A stretch of DNA of 64,000 nucleotides from Candidatus Latescibacterota bacterium (GCA_965207885.1 OZ242311.1:1376001-1440000), one strand, 5' to 3'. Shown: positions 47,010-58,019, counted from the stretch's first letter. Notes: generated by a model not told the origin, from the letters alone. Translations and numbers: made by a program.

Positions 47010-47894
47010 ATGTCAACCTTCACAATCGGCTTACTGAGTCCCGGCGATATGGGACACGTCGTCGGACAAGTGGCAATCGCCTCTGGCGCACGGGTAATAA
47101 CCTGTCTCAATGGCCGCAGTGAGCGCACGCGCAAGCTCGCAGAAATAGCCGGAATCGAAGACGTACCCACATATTCCGACCTCGTGCGCGAAGCTTCACT
47201 CGTAATATGCATTCTCGTCCCCGCAGCAGCAGAATCGGTAGCCGCCCGCGTGGCTGACGCCCTGAAAGAAACGAATGAACAAATTGTATATACCGACTGC
47301 AATGCCATAGCCCCGGCAACAACTGTGCGCATTGGCAAAACAATTGAAAACGCGGGCAGTGTATTTGTCGATGCGGGTATTATCGGCGGACCGCCGCGCC
47401 AGCCTGGGGGCACGCGGTTTTACTGTTCGGGACCCGACACATCGGTCTTTGAAAAACTGAACGACTACGGGCTGGACGCGCGAAAAGTAGGCGATGAAAT
47501 CGGACAGGCGTCGGGATTAAAAATGTGCTATGCCGCACAGACCAAAGGGACGACCGCGCTACAAACGGAATTGCTCATCGCCGCACGGCGCATGGGCCTG
47601 TACGAAGGATTGATCGCAGAGTGGGAAATGAGTCAGCAAGACCGGTTGGCGGGCATGGAGCGGGGCTTGCCGGGAATGCCGACCAAAGCAAAGCGGTGGA
47701 TAGGTGAAATGGAGGAAATCGCCAAAACCTTCGGCGATTTGGGACTCACGCCCAAAATATACGAAGGCGCCGCAGACATGTACCGACTCGTCAGTGAAAC
47801 ACCCCTGGCAGACGAAGCACCAGAAACGCGAGACAGGAGCCGAACGCTCGCGCAGGTCATCGATATTTTTTCAGAGCAATCAAAAAGTAAATAG
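47010..47894 (+). CDS. NAD(P)-dependent oxidoreductase, 6PGD/HIBADH-like with DUF1932
   Basis: GLLSPGDMG, DCNAIAP, DAGIIGGPP, ASGLKMCYA, RWIGEMEEI. Confidence 0.8.
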   Translation: MSTFTIGLLSPGDMGHVVGQVAIASGARVITCLNGRSERTRKLAEIAGIEDVPTYSDLVREASLVICILVPAAAESVAARVADALKETNEQIVYTDCNAIAPATTVRIGKTIENAGSVFVDAGIIGGPPRQPGGTRFYCSGPDTSVFEKLNDYGLDARKVGDEIGQASGLKMCYAAQTKGTTALQTELLIAARRMGLYEGLIAEWEMSQQDRLAGMERGLPGMPTKAKRWIGEMEEIAKTFGDLGLTPKIYEGAADMYRLVSETPLADEAPETRDRSRTLAQVIDIFSEQSKSK

Positions 47895-47916
47895 ATTTAA
47901 AGACAACACACAAAAT

Positions 47917-47958
47917 ATCCCCTTCTCCTATCAAATGTAGAAGGGGATTTTATTTTTT
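47917..47958 (+). terminator. Intrinsic terminator
   Basis: ATCCCCTTCT...AGAAGGGGAT followed by TTTATTTTTT. Confidence 0.65.
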
Positions 47959-48066
47959 ATTTATCTTTTATAAACATATGCCCAATGGTAAATTGACTTT
48001 TCGATTGTGACAAGCTATATTACGCGTTCTAAAAAACAGTGGGGAAATTTAAACCGGGAGATGTAA

Positions 48067-49110
48067 GTGAAAGCAGCACAAATCGTCGCACCCAGACGCA
48101 TTGTGGTCGTCGAAACAGACGAACCACAACTCATGGGTGCCGGGCAAGTAAAAATTCAACTCGAACGGGCGTGTCTTTGCGGTTCAGACGTGCCATTATG
48201 GGATTACGACCACAACGAACTGGCAGAAAGAGCGCGACTCAATCCGCGCAAAGCAAAACGCGCACCATTTGTCGATTACGTCAATGGAGACCCGTATCCC
48301 CTGCGCGTTGGCCTCTCGATTCACGAATGCCTGGGCACAGTCGTTGAATCGACATCTGATCAATTTCAAACCGGCGATTTTGTCCTTGCACTACCCGACG
48401 CACAAAAGGGACTGTGCGAATATATTTGCGCCCCCGACAGCCGAACCATTCCACTGCCCAAAGGGGCTGTACCCGACGAACAAATTCTGATGACACAGCC
48501 CCTGGGCACAGTCGTATGGGCGTGCCAAAAACTCGGCAACATCGTCGATAGTGACGTGGCAATTGTCGGACAAGGCCCTATGGGCCTGATGTTCACGCGC
48601 ATGCTGGCAAATTTGGGCGCGCGAACCGTAATTGGACTCGACAAATTGGATTACCGCTTACACACCGCAAAAAAAATGCACGCAACCCATACGGTCAACG
48701 TCGATAAAGACGACCCTGTGGAAGCCATCCGCGAGATCACAAACGGCAAAATGGCGGATCTGGTAGTCGAAGCAGTCGGCCATCAGACAAAAACACTCAA
48801 CTCGTGCATGAAACTCGTGCGCCACATGGGCACACTGCTGTGCTTTGGCGTACCCGATGATGCGTATTACCCATTTGCATATCCCGAATTTTTCAGATTA
48901 AATCTCAACCTGATCTCCACAGTTGGTCCCAATGTGGTGCCCAATTTTTCTCTCGCCCGCGACCTGATCGCACAAGGACGTGTTGACATGGCACCTCTGG
49001 TAACTCATGTATTGCCCTTTGAAGAGATTCAGCACGGATATGAGCTGTTCACCGATCGCCTCAATGGGGCCATTAAAGTGGTTATCGATTACAATTCGCT
49101 GCGAACCTGA
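48067..49110 (+). CDS. Zinc-binding (MDR) dehydrogenase
   Basis: CGSD, IHEC.G.V, GQGPMG, EAVG, LVTHVLPF, KVVI. Confidence 0.85.
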   Translation: MKAAQIVAPRRIVVVETDEPQLMGAGQVKIQLERACLCGSDVPLWDYDHNELAERARLNPRKAKRAPFVDYVNGDPYPLRVGLSIHECLGTVVESTSDQFQTGDFVLALPDAQKGLCEYICAPDSRTIPLPKGAVPDEQILMTQPLGTVVWACQKLGNIVDSDVAIVGQGPMGLMFTRMLANLGARTVIGLDKLDYRLHTAKKMHATHTVNVDKDDPVEAIREITNGKMADLVVEAVGHQTKTLNSCMKLVRHMGTLLCFGVPDDAYYPFAYPEFFRLNLNLISTVGPNVVPNFSLARDLIAQGRVDMAPLVTHVLPFEEIQHGYELFTDRLNGAIKVVIDYNSLRT

Positions 49111-49146
49111 CCAGCGTTTGACAAACACAAAAGGGGGTTTTTACCT

Positions 49147-50733
49147 GTGGCAGCAACGTTTGAATACGGCGCAGTAGTTGGACAACCCGAATCTGATTCT
49201 GCGGCTGTAAGCATATTGAGAAAGGGTGGCAACGCAGTCGATGCCGCTGTAACAGCGGCATTCCTCGCCTGTGTTTTGGCACCTAAATCGTGCGGCATTG
49301 GCGGTTATGGCGGCGCGATGACCGCCTATATTGGCGGCGAAGTCGTCTGCATTGACTTTAACACAGTCGCACCCAAAGAGGCCCATGACCGGATGTTTCG
49401 CGTAACGCGCTCCGACGGGCGATTTGGTTCTGCTGTCAGCGGTTATGCCAATTCAACCGGTTATAAAGCCATCTCCGTACCCGGCGTACTGGCAGGTCTT
49501 GCTCTGGCCCTGGAAAAATTTGGCAAAATGCCACTATCTGAAGTACTCGCACCTGCTATTCGCGCATGTGAACGCGGATTTCGGGTATCGGCAAACTACG
49601 CTACAGGCGTTGCCCAAAGCGAAGCGCGCATTCGCGAGTTCCCAGAAACAACCCGCTTATTGATGATCAGCGGCGAAGTGCCCAAAAGCGGCGACCGTGC
49701 ACAAAACCCCTATTTGGGCAGAATGCTCAGTCAAGTTGCAGACAAAGGCGTACGCGAATTTTATGAGGGACGCATCGCAGAGCGCATTGTCAAACACATT
49801 CGGGATAACGGTGGGATCTTATCGCGAGATGATCTGGCAAATTACGAAGCTCAAGTCGTTGAACCAGTACAAACGGCTTGCATGGAATACGATGTGTACA
49901 GCTCGCCCCTTTGCAGTGCTGGATTGAGCCTGGCGCAAATGTGTGCCATTGCCGACGAAGCCGAATTAGACCTCTACGCACGAGATTCCGCCCGATTGGC
50001 CCATGGCATGGTCGAAATCATTCGCGCAGCCTGGATGGACCGATACCGGCATTTTGGCGATCCAAAGCAAATACATGTAGATACAGACATGCTGATGTCG
50101 GATATCAATCTCGGTGCAAATGCCAAAGAAATTGCCACATATATTGCCGAAGGAAAACGCGGACAATCGCTGTTGCGGCCATTTTATACGGGCGGCACGA
50201 CGCATATCTGCACAATAGACGCGCAAAGCAACATGGTCGCCCTGACCCTCACGCACGGACCGGGCTATGGCTCTCTTGTAACAATTCCCCGCATGGGCTT
50301 GTTGATGAATGCGGGCATGTCGCGGTTTGACCCCGGTTCGGGCTTAAAAAACTCAATTGCCCCCGGCAGAGCACCCATCATGAACATGGCACCAACCATT
50401 GTGTTGCAAGATGGCGAACCCGTCCTGACTGTGGGCGCGTCCGGCGGAACGCGCATCCCATCGTCTGTCTTTCAGGTTTTGGCGCGAAGGCTCGTACTCG
50501 ACGAAGATCCCGAATGGTCCATCGCAGCCCCTCGAGTACATTCAGAAGGCAATGAATGGGTAAGCATAGAAGAAGAGTTCGGCGAAGCCGCGCCAGATTA
50601 TCTGAGTTCAGTCGGATACAAAATAAACAAAAAGGGCGCGGCAGCCGCCCGTGTTCGGATGATTGAGATTGTGGAAGAAGGATTGCTGGCCATGTACGAT
50701 CCGCGCATGAAGGCGCGAGAAAAAGGCTATTAA
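49147..50733 (+). CDS. ggt: Gamma-glutamyltransferase-family (Ntn) hydrolase, no evident signal peptide
   Basis: GGNAVDAA, GIGG, SVPG, TTH nucleophile, GASGG.RI, APRVH. Confidence 0.85.
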   Translation: MAATFEYGAVVGQPESDSAAVSILRKGGNAVDAAVTAAFLACVLAPKSCGIGGYGGAMTAYIGGEVVCIDFNTVAPKEAHDRMFRVTRSDGRFGSAVSGYANSTGYKAISVPGVLAGLALALEKFGKMPLSEVLAPAIRACERGFRVSANYATGVAQSEARIREFPETTRLLMISGEVPKSGDRAQNPYLGRMLSQVADKGVREFYEGRIAERIVKHIRDNGGILSRDDLANYEAQVVEPVQTACMEYDVYSSPLCSAGLSLAQMCAIADEAELDLYARDSARLAHGMVEIIRAAWMDRYRHFGDPKQIHVDTDMLMSDINLGANAKEIATYIAEGKRGQSLLRPFYTGGTTHICTIDAQSNMVALTLTHGPGYGSLVTIPRMGLLMNAGMSRFDPGSGLKNSIAPGRAPIMNMAPTIVLQDGEPVLTVGASGGTRIPSSVFQVLARRLVLDEDPEWSIAAPRVHSEGNEWVSIEEEFGEAAPDYLSSVGYKINKKGAAAARVRMIEIVEEGLLAMYDPRMKAREKGY

Positions 50734-50735
50734 AT

Positions 50736-50791
50736 GTAGGTGGCGGTTGAACTGCTATCGCAGTTGTACATCACTCGAAACCGCCACCTAC
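50736..50791. repeat. GTAG-terminated inverted repeat (REP/REPIN-like)
   Basis: GTAGGTGGCGGTT ... AACCGCCACCTAC enclosing an inner hairpin AACTGC-TATC-GCAGTT. Confidence 0.6.
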
Positions 50792-50834
50792 CCTCACGTC
50801 TTACGTCTCACCTTTTTAACTGGAGATAAATCAC

Positions 50835-51953
50835 ATGGAGCGATATCCTTTTGGCAGCGGACGTCCCGATCCGGCATCATTTCCCAAGCGGGAATTGGCC
50901 GAAGCCGCCATGCGTATCTTGCCCGAAATGGGCAATGAACTGGCACTTTATCCCGGCACATTGGGATATCAACCGATGCGACAGGTCCTGGCCGATCGCC
51001 TGTTGCGGCGCGAAGGGATCGCCCCTCCCGTTGAAGAAATCGCATTGACCAATGGCTCAATGCAGCCCGTGACCCTGATGGCGCAGATGTTTATCGATCA
51101 GCCTGGCGATGGCGTCGTCATGGAGGAATTTTGTTACTCCGGTACAATTGGCGCATATAACAAAGAAGGCGCAGAATTGGTGAGCATTCCCGTGGATGAA
51201 CACGGCATGCGGATGGACGCGCTATCCGACGAATTAAAGAAACGGGGCGCCAATGGAAAACTACCCAAATTCATTTATGTACTCGCAACATTCCAAAATC
51301 CCACGGGTGCGATCATGCCCCTCGAACGGCGAAAAGAACTGTTGCAAATTGCCGCACAGTACGAGATCCCTGTCGTCGAAGACCACTGCTATGCCGACAC
51401 GGTGTACGAAGACGATTATTACGTACCTTCCCTCTATACCCTCCCAGCAGAAGTACCCGTAGTACATATTGAATCCCTCTCCAAAATTTTGGGGCCAGGT
51501 GTGCGTCTGGGATGCTTTTTTACCAAACAACCCCTCCTGGGCAAAATTTTGCAAATTCGCCGAGATGGCGGCACGAGTTCGCTCGCCGCAGCCATTGTGT
51601 ACGAATACTTTCGCGAGCACCTGTGGACCCATGTCAATAACATCAACGCAATCGTAAAAGAAAAGCGCGATTTGATGTTCGAAATGCTGGGACAATGTTC
51701 CGACGCTTTTGAATGGTTCAGCCGTCCCAAAGGCGGATTATTTATCTGGGTCAAATTGCCCGATGCCACCGATGTGATCGAATGCGAACAAATAGCCGAA
51801 GCCCGCGGCATCGACTACGCCACCGGCAAGGCATTTCACGTACACCACGACGACGTGCCCTATTTGCGCCTCGCATTTGGCTACGCATCACTCGCACAAA
51901 TACGAGAAGGCATTCCCAAGCTGGCAGAATGCGTCATGGCAACGCAGAAGTAA
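50835..51953 (+). CDS. PLP-dependent class I/II aminotransferase (MocR/ARO8-like, no HTH)
   Basis: G.PDP..FP, FQNPTG, EDHCY, SLSKILGPGVRLG, GGLFIW, LRLAF. Confidence 0.85.
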   Translation: MERYPFGSGRPDPASFPKRELAEAAMRILPEMGNELALYPGTLGYQPMRQVLADRLLRREGIAPPVEEIALTNGSMQPVTLMAQMFIDQPGDGVVMEEFCYSGTIGAYNKEGAELVSIPVDEHGMRMDALSDELKKRGANGKLPKFIYVLATFQNPTGAIMPLERRKELLQIAAQYEIPVVEDHCYADTVYEDDYYVPSLYTLPAEVPVVHIESLSKILGPGVRLGCFFTKQPLLGKILQIRRDGGTSSLAAAIVYEYFREHLWTHVNNINAIVKEKRDLMFEMLGQCSDAFEWFSRPKGGLFIWVKLPDATDVIECEQIAEARGIDYATGKAFHVHHDDVPYLRLAFGYASLAQIREGIPKLAECVMATQK

Positions 51954-51991
51954 AGCCGCATTTTTGAGCCGCTTATTGGTCTTTCAATAAT

Positions 51992-54900
51992 GTGGACATC
52001 GCTATGGTCCCAAGTCTTTCTCCCCATTTTCTCTCACTGGACCTCGAAGTCAGCAAGCAAGATCACCGCATTCGCGCATTCGCTGCGGTGCGTCCAGATG
52101 TTGAGCAGCCACTGGTTTTCCAAGGCGGCGATCTGGCAGCGGCGTTGGCGGAGCTCGACGACTTCGCTGATGGCGTGGACTTCCTGCTCGGCCACAACCT
52201 GATCACTTTCGATCTACCACATCTTAAAGCTGCAAAACCCAATCTACGAATGCTGAACCTACCGCCGGTAGATACATTGTGGCTCAACCCCCTCGCATTT
52301 CCCCGCAATCCCTATCACCACCTCGTCAAACACTATCAGGATGGACAGCTCAAACGCGGGCGATTAAACGACCCGGAACTCGACGCCCGACTCGCGCTGA
52401 AAGTCTTCGACAGTCAGCAAACCGCGTTACGCGATGCGCCACTTAGCTTACTCGCCGCGTGGCACTATCTGACCGGAACAGGACCTGACAGCGCGGGGTT
52501 CGACGCCGTATTCGCTGCCATAAGGTACTCGCCTCGGCCAAACGAAGCAGCAGCCAATGCGGCGATCCGCGAGCGACTTGCGGGCATCGCCTGCCAGAAT
52601 CGCGGTCAGGACATTCTCGAGAATGTCGCTCAAAGCGGCTGGCCACTTGCTTACGCGCTGGCCTGGCTATCGGTTTCTGGCGGTAATTCTGTGATGCCTC
52701 CGTGGGTTCGACATCAGTTTCCAGAAGCCAGTAAGCTGGTTCGCCAACTACGGGATATGCCCTGTGGCGAGTCGGACTGCGACTGGTGTGGGGAGAGACA
52801 CAATCCACGCAAAGAGCTTAAACGCTGGTTTGGATTTGATGACTTCCGCTCGGAACCGGTGGACGAGGAAGGTCGTCCCCTGCAGCAGACCATCGTCGAG
52901 ACAGCGATGGTCGGGGAGCACATCCTGGGTATTTTGCCCACCGGCACCGGCAAGTCGCTCTGCTACCAGATCCCGGCTTTATCTCGCTATGACAAGACCG
53001 GTGCTCTCACAGTGGTGATTTCGCCTCTGGTCGCGCTCATGGCGGATCAAGTGGCGGGGCTGGAGGCACACGGAATCGGCTCCTGTGTGGCTATCAACGG
53101 GTTGCTGTCCATGCCCGAGCGAGCCGATGCGTTAGACCGGGTTCGACTCGGGGACGCAGGCATCCTCATCATCTCACCGGAGCAACTCCGAAATCATTCT
53201 CTGCACAGGGTACTGGATCAACGCGAAATCGGTGCCTGGGTGCTGGACGAAGCCCATTGCCTCTCAAAGTGGGGGCACGACTTCCGACCCGATTATCGCT
53301 ACGTGGGGCGCTTCATCCGCGAAAAAGCAGGACAAGAGCCGATCCCGCCAGTGTTATGCCTGACCGCGACAGCCAAACTCGACGTGGTGGCGGACATCAA
53401 GCAGCATTTCCGAGATGAACTCGGTGTAAGACTGAAGGTTTTCGACGGCGGTGCCCATCGCACCAATCTGGAATTCACAGTGATGCCGACGACCGGGGGA
53501 GAGAAGTTCTCGCACATCCATCAGATTCTAATGACTGACTTGCCACCGGATATGCCCGGAGGTGCCATCGTCTATTGTGCGACGCAACGGCGGACCGAAG
53601 AGGTGGCCGAATTCCTGCAGGACAAAGAAATCGCGGCTGACTACTTCCACGCCGGGCTGCCGCCCGATACCAAGAAGAATGTACAGCAGTGCTTCATCAG
53701 CGGCGAACTGCGCGTGATCGCGGCCACCAATGCCTTCGGCATGGGCATCGACAAACCGGATGTGCGGCTGGTGATCCACGCCGACATCCCCGGGTCGTTG
53801 GAGAACTACCTGCAGGAGGCGGGTCGCGCCGGACGAGACCGACAGTCGGCGCATTGCGTACTACTCTATGCGACGGACGATGTGGAGAGACAATTCTTCA
53901 TGTCGGCGCGTTCGCGGCTCACCCGGCGGGAGATTCACGGCGTCCTGAGAGCACTACGTAACCTCGATCGGAAGAAGCGGCTGGGCGGCGAGGTCGTAGC
54001 CACCGCCGGCGAGATCTTCGGCGAGGACGACGAAAAGGTGTTCGAGAGGGACTCAGCCACAGACGATACCCGCGTGCGAACCGCCATCTCCTGGCTTGAG
54101 GAAGCGATACTATTGACCCGAAATGAGAACCGGATTCAAATATTTCCTTCGTCTCTCCGGGTGGATTCGGTTGAGGAAGCATGCAGTCGGTTGGCGAAGG
54201 TACCCATGGCCAGCGACTACCGGAGACGACTACTCAGAATCGCCGAGACATTGATCGATGCCGACCCCGATGAGGGCATCTCCACCGACGATCTAATGGG
54301 CGTATCCGGCCTGAGTGCCGAAGGTGTACGCGGTGCCCTGTACGACCTGGAGCGGCTGGGCATCGCCAGCAACGATACGGCGCTGACCGCCTTTGTACAC
54401 GCGGGAGTCGTGCGTAACTCACGCAAGCGCTTTGATGAAGCGATGGAGTTGGAAACTGCCCTGATCGCACAGATGCGAGAGGCGGCACCGAATATGGTCA
54501 AAGGAGACACCTCAGTCCTGCATTTGCGCGTCGCCGCACAATCCCTGCGAGATGCAGGGGTGGTTGATCCCCTGCCGGAACGACTATGGCGTATTCTCCG
54601 CAGCATCGCCAACGACGGACGAGGAGAAGGGGGCGACGCTGGCAGCCTCGGGGTACGACGGTGGGATGCGGAGACGGTACGGGTGACGTTACGACGTGAG
54701 TGGTCGGATTTGGAGGAACTCGCGTCGCGTCGGCGCGAGGGAGCAAAGCGCCTGCTGGATCACTTGCTCGCCTGCCTGCCGCCCGGAAGTCGAGGTACGG
54801 ACCTGCTGGTCGAGACCACCCTCGGCAAGCTGTTGGAAGCGATCACGTCCGACCTATTTATAGAGAGTAGAAATCCTGAAAAGTTGCTGGATCGCGCGCT

Positions 54901-57169
54901 CCTGTGGCTGCACGAGCAGGAAGTCATTCGTCTCAACAAGGGCCTTGCGGTATTCCGTCCAGCCATGACCATCCGGCTTGAAGAGGAAAGGCGCGGCTTC
55001 GCCAATGCTGACTTTGCACCGCTCGATTTTCACTACAAGGGGCAGGTACTACAGATCCATGTAATGGTGGAATTCGCGCAGCGGGGCCTCAACAACATAG
55101 CCGACGCTCTGCGTCTGGCCATTGACTACTTCAGCCTGAAGCAGGAGGATTTCCTTCGCCGCTGGCTACCAGATCGGGATAAGGAAATTGCAAGGGAGAC
55201 CACGCCCGAATCGTGGAGAGCCATCGTCGAAAGTCTGAAAAATCCCATTCAGCAGCGCATCGTTGCGGATGATCGGGAGCAGACGAACGTGCTGGTACTC
55301 GCCGGTCCCGGCTCCGGTAAGACGCGCGTGCTGGTGCATCGCATCGCCTACCTCATACGCGCAAGGCGCGAAAATCCCCGCGGCATTCTGGCCCTGGCCT
55401 ACAACCGACACGCGGCAGTCGAGATCCGGCGACGCCTCATAGATTTGATCGGCGACGACGCCCGCGGAGTAACCGTGCTCACCTGTCACGCTCTCGCCAT
55501 GCGACTGGTCGGTGTCAGCTTTCAAGAGCGAGAACGCCGGCTACTTGACGACGATGCATTCCGAGAGGTTTTGCGCCAGGCAACGGCCCTGCTGCGCGGC
55601 GAGGGGCTGGAGCCAGAAGAAGCGGATGATCAGCGGGAACGGCTTCTCGCGGGTTTCCGCTGGATTCTGGTAGATGAATACCAGGACATTGGCGCGGATC
55701 AATACGAGTTGATATCTGCCTTGGCCGGACGAACCCTGAAAGATGAGGATCGCAAGCTCACCCTCTTCGCAGTAGGCGACGACGACCAGAACATCTACGC
55801 CTTCAACGGTGCTTCGGTAGAGTTCATCCGTCGTTTCGAGGCGGATTACGGTCCAAAGCCCACCTACCTGATCGACAACTACCGATCCACTGACCACATC
55901 ATCGCAACGGCCAACGCGCTGATTAACCCGGCGCGCCAACGGATGAAGACCGGACATCCCATCCGCATTGACCGGGCGCGTGCGAAGAATCCGCCTGGTG
56001 GCAACTGGGATGCGCTGGACCCGATCTCTCGCGGTCGAGTCCAGATTCTATCCACCTGGCGCGATCCGATCTCGCAAGCGCAGGTCGCAATGGCAGAGTT
56101 ACAGCGTCTCGCAGCACTCTCTCCGAATTGGGATTGGTCCACATGTGCGGTGATCGCACGAGAGTGGAAATATCTGGATCCGGTACAAGCGTTTTGCGAA
56201 GTCCACCATATCCCGGTGCAAATAGGAAACGAAGAAATCCCGAGCTTCTGGCACCTGCGGGAAACCCGAGAATTTGTTGAATGGCTGCGTGGACGAGATA
56301 CCCGCCTGGTAGAAGGTGCGGATCTAAGCAATTGGGTAGATGCACATCCCCCAGGACCCTGGATTGAGCTACTGCAGCAAGCCCTGGAGGAGCACGCCCT
56401 GGAAACCGGTGGCGCGGAAGTACCGGTGGACCACTTCATCGAGTGGCTGGCCGAGTGGGGACGAGATATACGCCGCCGCCAGCGTGGACTCTTGCTGTTG
56501 ACCGCACACCGCGCCAAAGGATTGGAGTTTGATCACATAGTAGTACTCGACGGAGGCTGGAACAAAGTCGATAGGGGCGAAGACCCGGACGCACCGCGCA
56601 GACTCTACTACGTAGCCATGACGCGCGCCCGGCAGACTCTCGCGCTCGTGCGTTTTCAAGGATTGCGCCCGGCAGGAGGTACACGACCAGATTTCGTAAT
56701 GGAATCTGAACCTCCAGTGTACGGACGCTTGCACTCGCTACCGTATTCCTTTCCAAACAACGGCTCGGTTCTACACCGCACATCCGGTGACTCGCAACCG
56801 GAAACCCTGGAACTCGCACGTCAATATCGGCGACCCAGTCTGCGCGAAGTCAATCTGGGATTCGCAGGGCGTTACTACACCAACCATCCAGTCCATCGTG
56901 CAATAGCCGCCCTGTCGCCCGGTGATCCGATAGAGACGCGGATTGCCAAAACTGGCTCCTGGGAATTGCTGAACCAGTCGGGAATGGTGGTGGGGCGTCT
57001 TGCCCAGGCGTTTGAACCCCCATTGGGAATGCGGTGCAAGTCTGCCACAGTCTTCGCCGTCGTAGATTGGAGCCGCGAAGCATCGGAACCGCAGTACCGA
57101 GACCACGCGAAATGCGATGCCTGGGAGGTTGTGGTGCCGGAGTTGGTGTTCGAGCCGGAGCGCGAGTAG
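51992..57169 (+). CDS. DEDD exonuclease-like domain - RecQ (SF2) helicase - UvrD (SF1) helicase fusion
   Basis: DLEV, GHNLITFD, DPELD; LPTGTGKSLCYQ, DEAHCLSKWGHDFRPDY, AFGMGIDK, QEAGRAGRD; AGPGSGKT, VDEYQD, GDDDQNIY, NYRS, HRAKGLEF, YVAMTRA. Confidence 0.85.
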   Translation: MDIAMVPSLSPHFLSLDLEVSKQDHRIRAFAAVRPDVEQPLVFQGGDLAAALAELDDFADGVDFLLGHNLITFDLPHLKAAKPNLRMLNLPPVDTLWLNPLAFPRNPYHHLVKHYQDGQLKRGRLNDPELDARLALKVFDSQQTALRDAPLSLLAAWHYLTGTGPDSAGFDAVFAAIRYSPRPNEAAANAAIRERLAGIACQNRGQDILENVAQSGWPLAYALAWLSVSGGNSVMPPWVRHQFPEASKLVRQLRDMPCGESDCDWCGERHNPRKELKRWFGFDDFRSEPVDEEGRPLQQTIVETAMVGEHILGILPTGTGKSLCYQIPALSRYDKTGALTVVISPLVALMADQVAGLEAHGIGSCVAINGLLSMPERADALDRVRLGDAGILIISPEQLRNHSLHRVLDQREIGAWVLDEAHCLSKWGHDFRPDYRYVGRFIREKAGQEPIPPVLCLTATAKLDVVADIKQHFRDELGVRLKVFDGGAHRTNLEFTVMPTTGGEKFSHIHQILMTDLPPDMPGGAIVYCATQRRTEEVAEFLQDKEIAADYFHAGLPPDTKKNVQQCFISGELRVIAATNAFGMGIDKPDVRLVIHADIPGSLENYLQEAGRAGRDRQSAHCVLLYATDDVERQFFMSARSRLTRREIHGVLRALRNLDRKKRLGGEVVATAGEIFGEDDEKVFERDSATDDTRVRTAISWLEEAILLTRNENRIQIFPSSLRVDSVEEACSRLAKVPMASDYRRRLLRIAETLIDADPDEGISTDDLMGVSGLSAEGVRGALYDLERLGIASNDTALTAFVHAGVVRNSRKRFDEAMELETALIAQMREAAPNMVKGDTSVLHLRVAAQSLRDAGVVDPLPERLWRILRSIANDGRGEGGDAGSLGVRRWDAETVRVTLRREWSDLEELASRRREGAKRLLDHLLACLPPGSRGTDLLVETTLGKLLEAITSDLFIESRNPEKLLDRALLWLHEQEVIRLNKGLAVFRPAMTIRLEEERRGFANADFAPLDFHYKGQVLQIHVMVEFAQRGLNNIADALRLAIDYFSLKQEDFLRRWLPDRDKEIARETTPESWRAIVESLKNPIQQRIVADDREQTNVLVLAGPGSGKTRVLVHRIAYLIRARRENPRGILALAYNRHAAVEIRRRLIDLIGDDARGVTVLTCHALAMRLVGVSFQERERRLLDDDAFREVLRQATALLRGEGLEPEEADDQRERLLAGFRWILVDEYQDIGADQYELISALAGRTLKDEDRKLTLFAVGDDDQNIYAFNGASVEFIRRFEADYGPKPTYLIDNYRSTDHIIATANALINPARQRMKTGHPIRIDRARAKNPPGGNWDALDPISRGRVQILSTWRDPISQAQVAMAELQRLAALSPNWDWSTCAVIAREWKYLDPVQAFCEVHHIPVQIGNEEIPSFWHLRETREFVEWLRGRDTRLVEGADLSNWVDAHPPGPWIELLQQALEEHALETGGAEVPVDHFIEWLAEWGRDIRRRQRGLLLLTAHRAKGLEFDHIVVLDGGWNKVDRGEDPDAPRRLYYVAMTRARQTLALVRFQGLRPAGGTRPDFVMESEPPVYGRLHSLPYSFPNNGSVLHRTSGDSQPETLELARQYRRPSLREVNLGFAGRYYTNHPVHRAIAALSPGDPIETRIAKTGSWELLNQSGMVVGRLAQAFEPPLGMRCKSATVFAVVDWSREASEPQYRDHAKCDAWEVVVPELVFEPERE

Positions 57170-57268
57170 CACACCAAAAACTGTTTATTCAGAATTTTCC
57201 TTGATGATTTGGCGTCTTAATGGTACACTTTATACGCGATGTGTGACTTCAAATTGGAGGTAAAGAAG

Positions 57269-57511
57269 ATGGCCAGCATGACTATACGTAATCTTAGCGA
57301 CGACATTAAGCAGCGTCTGCGCATCCAGGCGGCTGAGCATGGCCACTCAATGGAAGAGGAAGCGCGGATAATTTTGCGTGCTGCGCTTATGGAGCACACG
57401 CCTCCCATCAATTTAGCACGCGCTATACACGACCGATTCGCGCCTCTGGGCGGTGTGGAACTGGATATACCGCCTCGCGAGCCGATGCGCGCCCCACCCC
57501 GATTCGGTTGA
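57269..57511 (+). CDS. fitA: FitA/StbC-like ribbon-helix-helix antitoxin
   Basis: MASMTIRNLSDDIKQRLRIQAAEHGHSMEEEARIILRAAL. Confidence 0.85.
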   Translation: MASMTIRNLSDDIKQRLRIQAAEHGHSMEEEARIILRAALMEHTPPINLARAIHDRFAPLGGVELDIPPREPMRAPPRFG

Positions 57512-57521
57512 ATTATCGAAT

Positions 57522-57974
57522 ATGATCCTACTCGATACCAACGTTGTCTCGGAGTTGATGCGCTCCAAGCCCGATCCCGGCGTAAAGATGTGGCTTGCTA
57601 AACAGGACACCACAAATGTCTTCATCTCGGTGATCACAGAGGCCGAGCTACGGTACGGCGTCGCTATTCTGCCAATGGGTCGGCGGCGAGATCAGATCGC
57701 AGCCGAAGTCGAAAATATGCTCAAGGAAGATTTTGCACGACGCATTCTACCTTTTGACAGTAAGGCATCACCCATCTATGCTGAGATTGGTGCTGGTCGC
57801 CGGGCCGCTGGCCTGCCGATCAGCCACGCGGACTGCCAAATAGCAGCTATCGCCCGTTGTCGCGGGGCGGCCATCGCTACTCGCAATGTCGGGCATTTCG
57901 AGCACTGTGGCATTGAGGTAATCAACCCTTGGACCGCTCTTACAGGTCTTCAGTCAGAGAGTACAGAGACATGA
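57522..57974 (+). CDS. vapC: PIN-domain toxin (VapC/FitB)
   Basis: MILLDTNVVSELM, EAELRYG, ADCQIAAIA, ATRNVGHF, INPW. Confidence 0.9.
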   Translation: MILLDTNVVSELMRSKPDPGVKMWLAKQDTTNVFISVITEAELRYGVAILPMGRRRDQIAAEVENMLKEDFARRILPFDSKASPIYAEIGAGRRAAGLPISHADCQIAAIARCRGAAIATRNVGHFEHCGIEVINPWTALTGLQSESTET

Positions 57975-58019
57975 GCACTGTAGAACAACGGGAGATCAAG
58001 ATGGAATATGGAGTAAGCT

